Assembly: GCA_024704765.1 (NCBI GenBank)
Contig: JAKMXF010000009.1
Span: 45,803-109,802 of the forward strand
Length of the DNA stretch: 64,000 nucleotides
DNA from: Oopsacas minuta
Taxonomy: Eukaryota > Animalia > Porifera
Direction of reading: 5' to 3'
Shown here: positions 51,251-64,000 of the stretch, in pieces
Numbering within the stretch: the stretch's first letter is position 1
Layout of the letters: each line of letters starts with the position of its first letter
Program-made: the position numbers and the translations under genes
The notes under the pieces: model-generated
Told to the model about the DNA's origin: nothing
Seen by the model: the letters and a program-made list of their open reading frames with translations, nothing else
Database searches by the model: none

Positions 51251-52787
51251 AATACCACCTCAAGTTGGTTCAGAAGAATTACAGGTGGCTAGTTTATCTT
51301 TACCTTTATCGGTTACAACGCAAACAACTCTTACTAAACATACAATAAAACCTCTCACTGAGATTGAACAGGGTTGGCTCAACGTTTCGTACGTGTTGAA
51401 TGTTGTATGTCGTGACCTACGACCGTGTGAATTAGCGAAAATAAAATATATGCTGTACAAAAGTGCTTATAGGTTAGGGAACAGCTGGAGGGGTGAAAAG
51501 TGGGAGTAATTTTTGTTAGAACCGCTAGCCATCCCTTACTTACAAACTCTTGTTAAAATTTCCTGGGATTAGATGTGTGCTAAATTTCCTTAAATTTCTA
51601 AGTTTTATAAAATATAGGTGGAACCTCGATTGGTTTTAGTTCCCATTTCACTGTATATAAAGGATTTTGATCGATCCCAACGATTCAGGGCATTATTTGG
51701 GGACACATTTTGCATTTATTTACTTGGATTTCTTGTAAAATCTCAGAATATCAAAAATTTGAAATTTTGCATAGAGATTGTAATTGATTACCTAGCAAAA
51801 TAATCGGACACCTATAAGCACTTTTGTACAACATGTATCTTCATTTTCGCTAATTCACATTTATTATCCTTGAATTATGAATAATATATAATTGGGAAAT
51901 GTGGGTTAATAAATATAAACATTTTTCGCTCTCTTTGGCTTGAATTCATCGTTCTTCTGGAAACTCAAATTATATCCATCCCATTTCGAAGAGATACAAA
52001 ATATATTCTCCCTTGTTATGAAACTCTTGTCTCTCAATTTATAGTTACCTTCTCTCTATTAATATTAAATTAGAATGTATTCTCAAATTCGAATTAATTA
52101 AATACAGGGAACCTCGTTAATACAAATACTGTTAATACGAATTCCCCGAAAAGACGAACAAATATTTGCACACAATCTGCTCCCTTTAAGGAGTCTTGCC
52201 GCGAACTTTGTATTACGGTATGGGCTATTTTCTAAAGTATATGCTATTATACATGTTTAATGTTTTCCAGCTCGTTGGACTAGCCAAACTAAGAGATAAT
52301 AATCATAAACCCCGATGTATCAGTGTGTATTACGAATTGGGCATGAAAAGGGGGCAAAAGTCCTCCCATAGACGTAACATTAAAGTTCGGTACATATCAC
52401 AGGTTATTTTTGAAGAAGGACTATTGCCTAAGACCTATAAATTGTTATATGTGCTAACAATATGTAGTTCTAATTTCTGGACCACAATTAAGCCTGAGTA
52501 CCTTCCCAATAAGGTTTTAAAGTTTGATGTGGGGTCTAGCAAAAATAGGCTTAAAACCGGGGTCCGCAGGGCTTAGGGTGTTATATCATGAGAATTATTA
52601 GCTCATTCATTCCAAATGTGGTCTAGATTTCAGATAACATTGTATAAATACTTCCCATAAATTTTCAGAGCATAAGAATCAGTCATTCTTCAAAAATAAC
52701 CTGCCACATGGGAAAACATAGTTTTGAGATAATTGGGGTTAAAAATTCATAAAAAATATTTTTTGAATATATACATATCATAGTGGT

Positions 52788-52812
52788 GTTTCGTCCCGCT
52801 AGGACTCATCAG
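52788..52812 (-). ncRNA. Hammerhead-ribozyme-like core (incomplete)
   Basis: Minus strand reads CUGAUGA-GUCC-UAGCG-GGAC-GAAAC. Stems I and III could not be closed locally. Confidence 0.3.
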
Positions 52813-53357
52813 TTAAGCTATACATTGTCCCAAGCGACCACATTACCTTTAAGTGAATATCAAATATTCCAAACTAAAAAGGTGTGATAATTTCAACTCA
52901 AGACTGGGGTACAGCATGGAGATCATCAAGGGATCAACCAATTGATATACAAAAGTCTATATCCGAACAAAGTCAATAATGTGGGAAAGAATGTAAATGC
53001 GATTAGTGTTCTGTCGATCAAATTGCATAATTTAGAGAATATATCAAGTTGAACAACTAAAGCAGATGAAAAAACTAAGGTCAGCCCATTGTCCAGTTCT
53101 ATACATCTCTGATAGAAAGGTCAAAAGGAGCAAATAAATAATGTATAAGACTAAGACTAAGTATAGTAAGTGTAAAAGATATTATTAGAGCTAAAAATAC
53201 ATTCACTATTGTATCTAGGTAAAGCTATAACATGGTGTTTATACCACCCAAGTAGTAGAAATTACGTATATACGAGTATGCACATACTCTGCCATGTATA
53301 TTCTCTAAGAAAGTATCATATAAAATGCATTGTATATAACAATAGCATAACGAACAA

Positions 53358-53692
53358 ATGTCACAAATCAAGGAACTTAAACATTTTATTTCTATCGCTC
53401 AGCACCACCAGAATCGGGAGGCCTTAGTCAAGATTCTCAGAGACGTGGAAAGGGAGAAACATGAACGTGAGCAGGTCGCTCGTCTCTTTGCAAAAATGGA
53501 AAGGTTTTGCAAGGGGGCGACGATCGCGACGTTCCATGCGGCCCTGTCCACGTGCAAAGAGGGTCAAGGCCAATGATCTGCGCATCCAGTGGGTATTACA
53601 TAGGTGGAGTTTTTCCGCCCAATGCCAATCTGATGAGTATGCATTGCAAACTTTCCGTGAGGATAGTCACCAACGCAGGTTCTAGGAGGCTT
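53358..53692 (+). pseudogene. Decayed unknown Arg-rich small ORF, copy A (about 110 aa)
   Basis: Homologous to about 59240-59563 with many synonymous differences; one frameshift and one TAG. Confidence 0.45.
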
Positions 53693-53815
53693 CGTAGCGA
53701 GCTGGCTTTTTTAAAGCCCGCAGGAAATGATGACTCTGATCCTGTGTCATTTTTGCACAAAAGAGTAAACGCATGAATTAATAATAACTTGGGTTCAAAT
53801 ATTTAGTACTATATA

Positions 53816-54979
53816 CACTGCCTGGCTAAAAGTATTGGAACACCCTGCCACAATTAATACCTGAAACAAAGGGTATGCTACCATAGTTGTATAAGCTAAA
53901 GATGATTTCAAAAACTGTTGAACATTAATATATCGTAAAACGAATGATAACAAGCTATTGTTCTACTTTCTGCAATATCCATAGAATCTTTCAACATACA
54001 GTCAAGGGACAAAAGTATTCGACCACACAAATAAATTGTCATAAATTGTATACTCTTTCCCGCTCCTATACATTGTGTAGTCTATATTCGTAGCTGCAAT
54101 CTAGTAATTTCCATAGAATAACATATGTTTTTCAAGAATTTCAAAAAAATATTTTCGATTTACACTTTCTGAAGGTGTTAATTATTAATAATTATTAGAT
54201 AATTATTGATAATCAAATATGTGGTAATTTAAAGCCTATTAAGAATCTATAATTTCTGACTTGATATTTGAATTCTACGTAGGCGAGTTACCCCAGATTG
54301 AAATTTCCAATCGAATTGAACAACTTTTACCAAAGTTATAGAAGAATTCCAATTTGTGCCATTTGTACCACCTTTTGCCCAAGGTGGCACAAGTGGCCGC
54401 TACCAAGAAGATATTTTGTAATTCAAGGGTTAGCATAGTCATATCATTCGAAAATAGTACTTTGACTTATTCCTCCTAACTCTAGTTGATTTCCTTGTAG
54501 TGGCGCTTTTTCCTGCCACCTGTGCCACTTTTTCAAAAAGTGGCACAAGTGGGACAAATTGAAATTCTTCTATAACTTTGGTAAAAGTTGTTCAATTCGA
54601 TTGGAAATTTCAATCTGGGGTAACTCGCCTACGTAGAATTCAAATATCAAGTCAGAAATTATAGATTCTTAATAGGCTTTAAATTACCACATATTTGATT
54701 ATCAATAATTATCTAATAATTATTCATAATTAACACCTTCAGAAAGTGTAAATCGAAAATATTTTTTTGAAATTCTTGAAAAACATATGTTATTCTATGC
54801 AATTTACTAGATTGCAGCTACGAATATAGACTACACAATGTATAGGAGCGGGAAAGAGTATACAATTTATGACAATTTATTTGTGTGGTCGAATACTTTT
54901 GTCCCTTGACTGTATTCTTATCTAATGCCACTTGTGCACGAGTTGTAAACAGTGTTCCAATACTTTTGGCCAGGCAGTG
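53816..54979. mobile_element. Tc1-type MITE (about 250 bp when empty) carrying a nested foldback element
   Basis: 28-bp TIR cactgcctggc(t/c)aaaagtattggaacac with TA TSDs at 53814-53815 and 54980-54981. Confidence 0.88.
53999..54912. mobile_element. 914-bp foldback MITE with about 350-bp inverted arms, copy 1
   Basis: Ends cagtcaagggacaaaagtattcgacca (one mismatch to the Tc1 TIR at 42825) with TA TSDs; arms are near-perfect reverse complements. Confidence 0.95.
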
Positions 54980-55424
54980 TATCAGCTGATAAAATTATGA
55001 AGGAGCAAAAAGGAGTCCTGGTTAAAACTTACTTTCGGCGGAGCAATAACAACAAAGGACAGTGATTCATCTTCAGAGGAAGAAATATCACTAGATGTAT
55101 TACTGAAAAAATGGTCTGAAAATACATTCCTTTGAACTCAAACATATTTAATTTCTATTTTTGTCACTAATATTTCCTTATTGGACTCTGATCCTATGCT
55201 ACTAAATGATACTAAAGACTCGTTCCCTCTCCATCACTCCCTGTGCCCGCTTACGCATTATCCTCTATTACTATGAGTGGGATGAAGAAACGGAAGAAAG
55301 AGCCAGGGTAAAGTAAACAAATAGTTAAAAATGACAAAATATTGATAGAGATTTGCTCTTAACGGTTACACATGTTTTTGCTATATAATGTAACAATTTT
55401 CTAATTAATCTTGGAAACTTGCCT

Positions 55425-55599
55425 TCAACCGTTATACTGGGGTAATCGGGTACTCTGATTCCAAATATGGATTTATCACCAACGTATTGTGAATATATTG
55501 CTACTTATATACTTTGCTTAATTCGAAGCACGAAGTGCCAAGCTCCTTGCGAACACAGTGTTCGCAAGTCGCTAAGCGCGAGCAAGCGAAACGCACTAG
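55425..55599 (+). mobile_element. Helitron-like 3' end fragment
   Basis: Contains the shared ggggtaatcg sub-repeat, then GC-rich mini-hairpins, and ends CTAG|T. Confidence 0.4.
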
Positions 55600-56971
55600 T
55601 TATATTGAAGGCGTGGAAATATAATTACAAACAAAACCTGAATCTTTACAACCGATGTGTTAAATCTCAAATTTGAATCCCTATGTGCATTTTATAGAAT
55701 ATAGAGGGATCAATATATGCTATATTATCAAAAGTTGTTTCTCAAAATCGCCCCCCTCAAGCATAAACACAAAAATCGCTAATATAATGGTTGACTATGG
55801 CCTACTAAAAAACACGGCCGTGGATGTCACCGAATAGACCAATAGAATCGAAGGCCGATTATGTTTTCAAATTTAGACAAACTAACTCTCTTGCTATTTG
55901 CCAAATATACTTTCTAGGGGTTTCCGTATATGGGAAATTCATTGAGACTACTTAGGAAGCTCTTACGGCCATCCTTCATGTGGTTTAGGCTAGGAATTTT
56001 GAATAATGACATATTGAAGTTAGCATTTAAAAAATGTCCAGCCGACAGACTGGGAGTGCAGCTCAGGATTATTTATTTGTGTCCTTTTCAAGGGGGCTAT
56101 GCACCCCCTGATCCCCCGTGTAATTACTTCACTGCACCAAACCCAGAAGAATTTGGCTTGCTCTTAATCTTAATATGAGAACAATATACAGCGCCAGAGG
56201 TGGAATCGGTCGACTTTCAGAACCCAAATCCGACCCGAGAAAAACGAATCCGATTCCAGCTCTGAACGGCACTTGGTATAGCTATGGTGGTATGGAGAAA
56301 CCCAAAATTACAAGATTTAATAATGTACCAAACTTTAAGTTACATTCTATGTGGTGTGTATGCTTTGAACAAAATATTTCTAATGGTTAATGAGCCAAAC
56401 TATACTAACGTGAATAATTAGCAATGGCCACACCTCTACCCCTCACCTAACTACCAAGATGCCGTAGCAATGCGGGCTCCGGATGCGGAGAACCAAGCCC
56501 TTCGTGTGAGGGAATTCCGACCTCCGACTGAATATGGGATTTGAGCATTATTTTGATGGAATCAATTTTCACATTGTACACAAATATTTAAGACAGAAAT
56601 ACATGGCACGCACCCACGAAAAAGGCCTAGCCCCACAACTAACTGAAGGACGTCCTAATATCATTCATTGGGCGTCCTTTGGGTAGTTGTGGGCTGAGCC
56701 GTAACTAAAAAGTCTGCCGTGAGGGAGGCGGAGGTGAAGGTGGAGACGAAACGAAAGAAATTTGTGAGGGATTTCTCTAAAATCCAATAAAGAAGGGTGA
56801 ATCTCAGGGACCTGCAAGCAAGGTATCCACATTGCATGTAGGCGTTCCCCCCAATGCTCTAACCTTAATAACCCGGCTCATGGATTTTCATCTAAAGTTT
56901 TCTTTACACTAAGTTAGTCCAGACTATCAGTTTGAATTTTTTGTTCTGGATCGCTGTCAGCATTGAGCATT

Positions 56972-57030
56972 TCCGTTTCAATTTAAACTGAAGGAGTGCA
57001 TATAACTCCTTCAGTTTAAATTGAAACGGA
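56972..57030. repeat. Perfect 26-bp inverted repeat with a 7-nt loop
   Basis: tccgtttcaatttaaactgaaggagt - gcatata - actccttcagtttaaattgaaacgga. Confidence 0.95.
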
Positions 57031-58212
57031 TTTGTATCTAGATTCCGTAATCAGTGAAAAATTTCGCGTCCAGAGAAGTATATATTTCAAAGAGGACAAG
57101 TGCTGTTTTGGAAGCGAAAACTCAAAATTTTACGGAGTTCTGGTATGATTTTCACACCAGATCCAAAAAATGTGTTCGACTCTTTTAGGGTAACCCACAT
57201 GGGACGTCTCTCGATGTTACCTACAATTATTTTTCAAAATATGATATCAACACAATCATGATAGGAGATAACTTTATCTCAGGAAGACCCATGAGGATTC
57301 TCACAAGATTCCTATGGGGATTCCCAGAGGGATGTATTTTCATTTTGTTAAGAGAAATATTCGAAGCAGAGCTTCAAAAGCTCAATTTACAGTTGGTGAG
57401 GAGAGAGGAGAGAGATGGGATTATCGAGTATTACAAAGAAGACAATTGCAATACAAACGCTCGCAATTGGGGCAGTACCAAGTTGCGCTATTCTGTGAAG
57501 GAGTTTGAGGGTGTAAAGGTCCTAGAAGTATATTTACTACATTATTTCCTACTTTGTCACGATTTTTATAGTATATTGTGTATATTTAGAAATTAATTGT
57601 ATTAAACCATACAAATACTTTTTTTAGGTCAATTGAAGGATCTTTAGTATGAATCTAGATACATTAATTTTAGAATCTGATAATTCATATTATTTAGCAG
57701 ACCATAAACACATATCTTTGAAATTAAAAAAAAATTGATTTTAGTAAATATAATATTTGATGTAAAATTTATTATAAGAATAACCTTACTCAAATTGGCA
57801 GAAACTCAATTTGGAGGGTAACATACATATATTAATTCATTTTGCCATTTTTATCCTTTGCAAAATTCGAGGCCACAAAGTGCCGAGTCCTAAGCGAAGC
57901 GGCTTGTATATAGATGGTTTTTCTTTAGAAAAAACAATGGACCAAGAATGAAGTCTTGCAACTCTTAGATATTTATGAACAAACAAATGATTACGCCCAA
58001 ACTGCGGGCTCTTCTCTCATTAACTATCCTCCAAGTGAAAAGCAAGCTATACCAACTGAAAGAGAAAAGATTAATAATTAACTATTGTATTGTATATTAC
58101 CAAGTTAAATCGGTTTTACTACGAATATACAGGGAGGATGATACCACATTTAGTATCATTAGTAACCATATTTTATGGAAAAGTAGAATATAAAAGTTTA
58201 TTGGTGTTTGAT

Positions 58213-58860
58213 CTAGAAAAGTAAGAGAAGTATCTCTGGGGTAAATATAAGTAAACCGGGGAGAGGTAGTATGTGGGACATGTACATAGCTTCCTGAGGA
58301 TGTTTCCCAAATTTAGTTACAAACTTTTCTTGAGCTAGGCCCAGCATAGAAGCGGATAACAAAGCATATACTAGCATAAAAATGACCAATAGCCAAATAG
58401 TGAATTCGGTATCTTCTCCATCGTTGTATTGAACCATTTTAGCAGATACTGTCGTGGCTAAAGTAATTCCTATAGTTACCATGACAACGGATAGGTATTT
58501 CATTAATGAGCATCATCTTATTCATAAGTAAGACCCCAAGGATCATGTTAATGAGAAAAGAGCCAGAGTGGAATATCATGTGTGTGGGAAGAGAAATGTT
58601 GAACTTGAAAACCCAATTGTTCACAACATTTGAGATGAATAAGAAAGCTACCATAAGGGCGTGAGAGACAGGAGGAACTGCAAGAGGTCGGGAACCAAAC
58701 TTAGAGTGTGTTGCGAATAGGAAGGTAGAAATATATAGGAATTGACAGAATGTTATTGTGTTAGCCATGTTAGGATCTTCTTTGAGTAAATATTCTAGAA
58801 CCACTACATTGACACCCAGCAATTCACTGGTGAGAGGAGGAGGAGGAGGAGTACTTTCAT
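58213..58860 (-). pseudogene. SLC35B4: Truncated, frameshifted intronless copy of UDP-xylose/UDP-GlcNAc transporter
   Basis: NVVVLEYL, ITFCQF, VVNNW, LPTHMIFHSGS, GLAQE..FGKHPQEA and LPLPG motifs. Frameshifts near 58820 and 58515; homology stops after about PEI. Confidence 0.82.
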
Positions 58861-59239
58861 GTCGGTTCAAGTCAAATACTCACTAACTGAGTGATCGTTT
58901 AGATGTACCCGTTCCCTTAAATATTTATTTGTTAAGCAATAGGTACTTCTAGTGTTGTATATAATGTGTATTCTTTGAATATCTAAATTTAACGGTAGCT
59001 TTAAGCTCAAACATTATTTTATTGTCGCAATCACTGGAAGGGGACTTAGGGAATGAGTAAAAGTCGGAAAAATGTCGACAGTGATCGCAGACAATAAAAT
59101 AATGCTTGGCAAGACCATTGACATAGGATGATTGATAAAATTCCAAACTTCCCCTTTTACAAATATTTACAAACTCAAATTTCAGCCAAATTACTCTCCA
59201 GAAGGTCGATATCCAGTAGTCCTTGCCCTATAACTTACA

Positions 59240-59563
59240 CAATAGACGACCTACAAAATTTACTAACTCTCGCTAAGACAACTGGAATCGGGAGGCCTTA
59301 GAGAAGATTCTCGAAGACGTGGTCAGGGAGAATAACAGCGCGAGGAGGTCGCACGCCGATTAGCTATACAACAACGAAAAGCGAGGCGGCGACAAAGGCG
59401 ACTTCTTTGCTGCCCTGTCCACGAGTGAAGCGAGTCAAGGCCAATGACCTACGAGTCAGTAGGATCAAATACAGGTGGACATATTCCGCACAATACCCAT
59501 CTGATGAGTATGTGTTGAACTATTTCCGTAGTGAGAGAGACCAGCGCAGATTCTGTGAGGCTT
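59240..59563 (+). pseudogene. Decayed unknown Arg-rich small ORF, copy B
   Basis: NREALEKIL...PCPRVKRVKANDLR...RWTYSAQYPSDEYVLNYFR..QRRFCEA; two inferred frameshifts. Confidence 0.45.
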
Positions 59564-60049
59564 AGCTTGGCTTTTTTGGGCATTTTTTAAGAATCCCTGG
59601 TTTATAGACTTAAACAATTTAAATGTCACTGAATTTTGTCAGTATTTATATAGATTTGTGGTCTAAAGTTTACACATTTCTATCCTTCTGTTGACGATAT
59701 AGGAAAGTAAACAATTACATTGGGGTAATCAAGTACGTTGAATCCGAATTTCAACGTATTGTCAAGTTTCTCATATGCAAATTTATTGTTGTTTTTATGA
59801 ATATAAAGTAAACAAATAGTTGAAATCTCAAAATATACGTAGAGACTTGCTCTCAAAAGCTACCTTAGGGTAATCAAGTATGTTTGAATCTGAATTTCGC
59901 ATTTTAAAGTTTATTATATCTAAACTTTGTTGTTTTGATGAGTAAACAAATAATTGAAATATATTTATTAATTCCTTTTTTGCAATTTTATACTTTAATG
60001 AAGAATTTCGAACTTTGACACAAATTAACAACTCAAATCATAGAGTCAA

Positions 60050-60566
60050 GTACAACTTGGAAACACAGAAATAAGANTGCTCTCGAGGATAGAAAGACTG
60101 TTACTGCCGACTGGTACACTACAGTGTGCCTACCCAAAGTCATCACAGCAATTGAGTCACAGCGGGAGAAGACAGGCATGGGAGGAATTCTTCTTCATCA
60201 TGATAATGCATCATCGCATACGGCAATCATAACTCGTGAGTTTTTGGAAAATTCTGGACTCAAAACATTACCTCACGCACCCTACAGTTCTGATTTAGCC
60301 CCTTGCGACTTCTGGTTGTTCCCTAGACTCAAAGATCAATTACGTGGGAGGAGATTTTCGACTAATGAGGAGTTGAGAGGGGCACTTTTCCAAGCGATCG
60401 GAGACATACCCAAAGAAAAGTGGAAAAATGTTTTGATAATTGGTTTACCAGAATGAAAAAATGTAATAGATTGTCAGGGAGAGTATTTTGAAAAAATGTA
60501 ATAGTCAAATTTATGATTACTAATATGGTATGTCGGTCAACGTCAAAACTTTTCGAGTACCCTTCG
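60050..60566 (+). mobile_element. mariner (DD34D) transposon 3' fragment
   Basis: HHDNASSH...PYSSDLAPCDFWLF with 34-residue spacing, GEYFEK C-terminus, and a right end aaacttttcgagtacccttcg followed by TA. There is one N at 60077. Confidence 0.9.
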
Positions 60567-62360
60567 TAGTGTATTAGAGAATTTAGTGTGTACACATACA
60601 CACTGGATTTCGCATTTTCAAGTTTGTCATATGTAAATTAATTGTTGTTCTATATATATAAAGTAAATAAATTTCAATATTGTTGTAGAACATGTTTTCA
60701 ATGGTTATACTAAGGTAATCGAGTATCCTGAGTCTAAATATCATATTGTAAACAAACATTTTGTGATTATTTGTTACTTTTAGATATATAAACTATGCAA
60801 TTTTCAAATTCTTTGTAGATTCATACTTCCAACGACTATTCTAGGGTAATCGAGTATCCTGAGTCCAATTATGTTATTATAACAACATTTCATAAATATT
60901 TGGTCACTTTTGGGGACATAAAGTTAGCAGATTTAAAGATTATGGCAGTATCATGTTTGCTACGGTTAAGATTACGAGTTTATGTATTCGAGGACCGTAG
61001 GCCCGAGTGTGGACACGAAATGTTCGCAACCGCGTAGCGAGACCAAGCGATGCGTGCGCCCGTATAATGTAAATTTCTTCACTACAGTTCAATCTGTGAG
61101 CTAAGTGCACATAATCATCGATTAGAAGCAATAACATTGGCTAATTTCATCAAAAACCTGTGCAATTATTATTACAAATAAGCTACGCTTCCTTGTGTTA
61201 CGCGGTTGAGTAGACTTCGTGTCCGCAATAGGCTGATCAACCGATAATGTGTGTTATATATTATTAAGTACCCTGTGTATGCTTTGAAAGTCACTATCTA
61301 ATTCCAATATTCACAATATGCTATTCACAACATCATATTCAATAGGAAAGCAGATACTGAACAAATTACAAAGATTGACAGTTGTACAATCAAACCTAAG
61401 TTGATTGAATATTAGACAAATAAGTTTTATTATCCATACTGCCTGCTACACTGATAATCTGTATGCAGACTACTCTCGAATTTTAGCCTTTTTTGGTAGT
61501 ATAAATTATATGACCTATTTGAAATTTGTTAACTTTTATAAGTACATAACTACAACAAATATTGATTCTATTATGCTAAAAAATTAATATTCGAACTCAG
61601 TTGATTCGATTACCCCAGCACACGCGTTGAAAGCACGATTCTAAGAACTTTTTGAATTTTTTATTATTTCCCCTAAATATGTACATAAAAAGCAAACAAA
61701 TATGAACTATATGAGAAGGTGTGAATATTTTCATTAGATATTTAAATATGATTCTAGAAATGTCGTTCCCCACCCCGTACCAAATCTCAAGCCTGTTTCT
61801 CTTACCAGTTCCTCAATCAATTAGGACAAACAAAAAAATGTCCAGCCGATAGACAGCTGAGGGTTAAATAATTTTGTTCTTTTCAGGGACGTGTAAATGT
61901 AGCAATGCATCGGACCCTAATGATTTTGGGTTCCTGGGTCCGATAATTATTTCAGCATATTCAATATTATTCGTCCCCTAATGTACCTACAACAATTTTG
62001 AATTTTCTTTACTTTATGTAGATGAAAGTGAACGAATAGTTACAAAATATTGTGTACAATACTATATACGGACACACCATAGTCAATTATTTCATGTTCT
62101 ATCCTTATAAGGATAAAATTCCGAATAAATATCCTACAATTACCCCTTACTAGCAGTTAATGGGGAAGAATTGAACTATTTCCAGTAAATACGATGTGTA
62201 TTTGTAATAATAGGATTATTTGCTGTTGTATTTGGGAAATTCTTAGAAGAGAAGAGGAAAAATACAGAAACTTAGTCAAATAGAGCTCTGATAGATGTTT
62301 ATAATATTTGTATATCCTGATCTTATCTTAATATATTTCTTAGGTAAAATTCTATTTATA

Positions 62361-63274
62361 CAGTCAAGGGACAAAAGTATTCGACCACACAAATATATTG
62401 TCATAAATTGTATACTCTTTCCCGCTCCTATATATTGTGTAGTCTATATTCGTAGCTGCAATCTAGTAATTTCCATAGAATAACGTATGTTTTTCAAGAA
62501 TTTCAAAAAAATATTTTCGATTTACACTTTCTGAAGGTGTTAATTATGAATAATTATTAGATAATTATTGATAATCAAATATGTGGTAATTCAAAGCCTA
62601 TTAAGAATCTATAATTTCTGACTTGATATTTGAATTCTACGTAGGCGAGTTACCCCAGATTGAAATTTCCAATCGAATTGAACAACTTTTACCAAAGTTA
62701 TAGAAGAATTCCAATTTGTGCCATTTGTGCCACCTTTTGCCCAAGGTGGCACAAGTGGCCGCTACCAAGAAGTTATTTTGTAATTCAAGGGTTAGCATAG
62801 TCATATCATTCGAAAATAGTACTTTGACTTATTCCTCCTAACCCTAGTTGATTTCCTTGTAGTGGCGCTTTTTCCTGCCACCTGTGCCACTTTTTCAAAA
62901 AGTGGCACAAGTGGGACAAATTGAAATTCTTCTATAACTTTAGTAAAAGTTGTTCAATTCGATTGGAAATTTCAATCTGGGGTAACTCGCCTACGTAGAA
63001 TTCAAATATCAAGTCAGAAATTATAGATTCTTAATAGGCTTTGAATTACCACATATTTGATTATCAATAATTATCTAATAATTATTCATAATTAACACCT
63101 TCAGAAAGTGTAAATCGAAAATATTTTTTTGAAATTCTTGAAAAACATACGTTATTCTATGGAAATTACTAGATTGCAGCTACGAATATAGACTACACAA
63201 TATATAGGAGCGGGAAAGAGTATACAATTTATGACAATATATTTGTGTGGTCGAATACTTTTGTCCCTTGACTG
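62361..63274. mobile_element. 914-bp foldback MITE, copy 2
   Basis: Same length and structure as 53999-54912, with TA TSDs. Confidence 0.95.
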
Positions 63275-64000
63275 TATATTCGCACATCTATACTACTATT
63301 AAAACACAATTAATCTGTATATACATATTTATGTAAGTGGAGAAACTGGAGGACCCCATCATTAACCACTGCTCAGCCAATATACATGATAGAAGTTTGA
63401 ATCACAGGTATACCTCAATGTGACAAATGTCCTGATGTCATGACTCTGGCCAAATGCAAACTCATCATGGAGTTATTACATCATCGAGACTACAAAAATA
63501 ATCAAAGTTCTCCCATTTATTGAGAATTTCATAATATTCGAGACACTAAGTACCCAGATTACTAACCTAAAGCTACGTAAGAGCTCCAGCATTACCACAG
63601 AAGGCCATTAAATGGAATTTGGATGGACCATGGATAATAAAAGTTAAAATTTCCACAAAATATTATATTTGTCAACGAAAAATGTAGATGCCTAAAGTAC
63701 GTGACGTAATCGTGCATGACGTTGTCGTAACCCAAAATCATCTCCCAAAGTGTATATCTATATGTTGTATGAATAAGACGCCGTACCTGTTTACCCTTGA
63801 AATACTACTCAAGAATGTTTTGCTTGCTCCCGGTGAGATCGCCCTTTTGGGACCTAAACCACTAGCATTTATGGTACCCTTGAGGTCCGTATATCGCTTG
63901 CATATTGTAAACCAATCCAGTGAAATAGGACCCCTTACTAATTCCTCACACTATAAAATTCCATAAATTGCTTGTTGGCCCAAATGTTTTACTGTATTAG

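Noticed and set aside
53630-53640. CTGATGAG here and at about 59501 as hammerhead cores
   Set aside because: There is no stem II or GAAA box; the conservation is explained by the codons for SDEY.
57258-57596. 112-aa orphan ORF
   Set aside because: It has no recognisable motif, paralog or splice support and runs out into AT-rich sequence, so it is left unannotated.

Overview
AT-rich eukaryotic (animal) genomic DNA with short-intron genes packed among decayed DNA transposons. The TRIM-less NHL-repeat family and compact genes resemble glass-sponge (Oopsacas-like) DNA, but the taxon is an inference. Intact genes: SMC6 (2 exons), VKORC1, purine nucleoside phosphorylase (4 exons), MYRF (6 exons), one NHL-repeat gene, and three orphan beta-propeller-like ORFs, two of which are a near-identical inverted duplicate. 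Disrupted gene copies: MPP10, SLC35B4, an NHL gene, a multi-Ig-domain gene and an isolated adenylyl-cyclase exon. Mobile DNA includes hAT, MULE, Merlin-like, Tc1 (DD34E), maT (DD37D), mariner (DD34D), Helitron-like repeats, MITEs and two kinds of foldback element. The most notable element is a 3.3-kb Transib/RAG1-like transposon (13878-17170) with a full but frameshifted RAG1-core-like transposase. It is bounded by CACAGTG/CATAGTG heptamer ends whose inner motifs are asymmetrically spaced, and it has no RAG2-like partner. No rRNA, tRNA or CRISPR array was seen.
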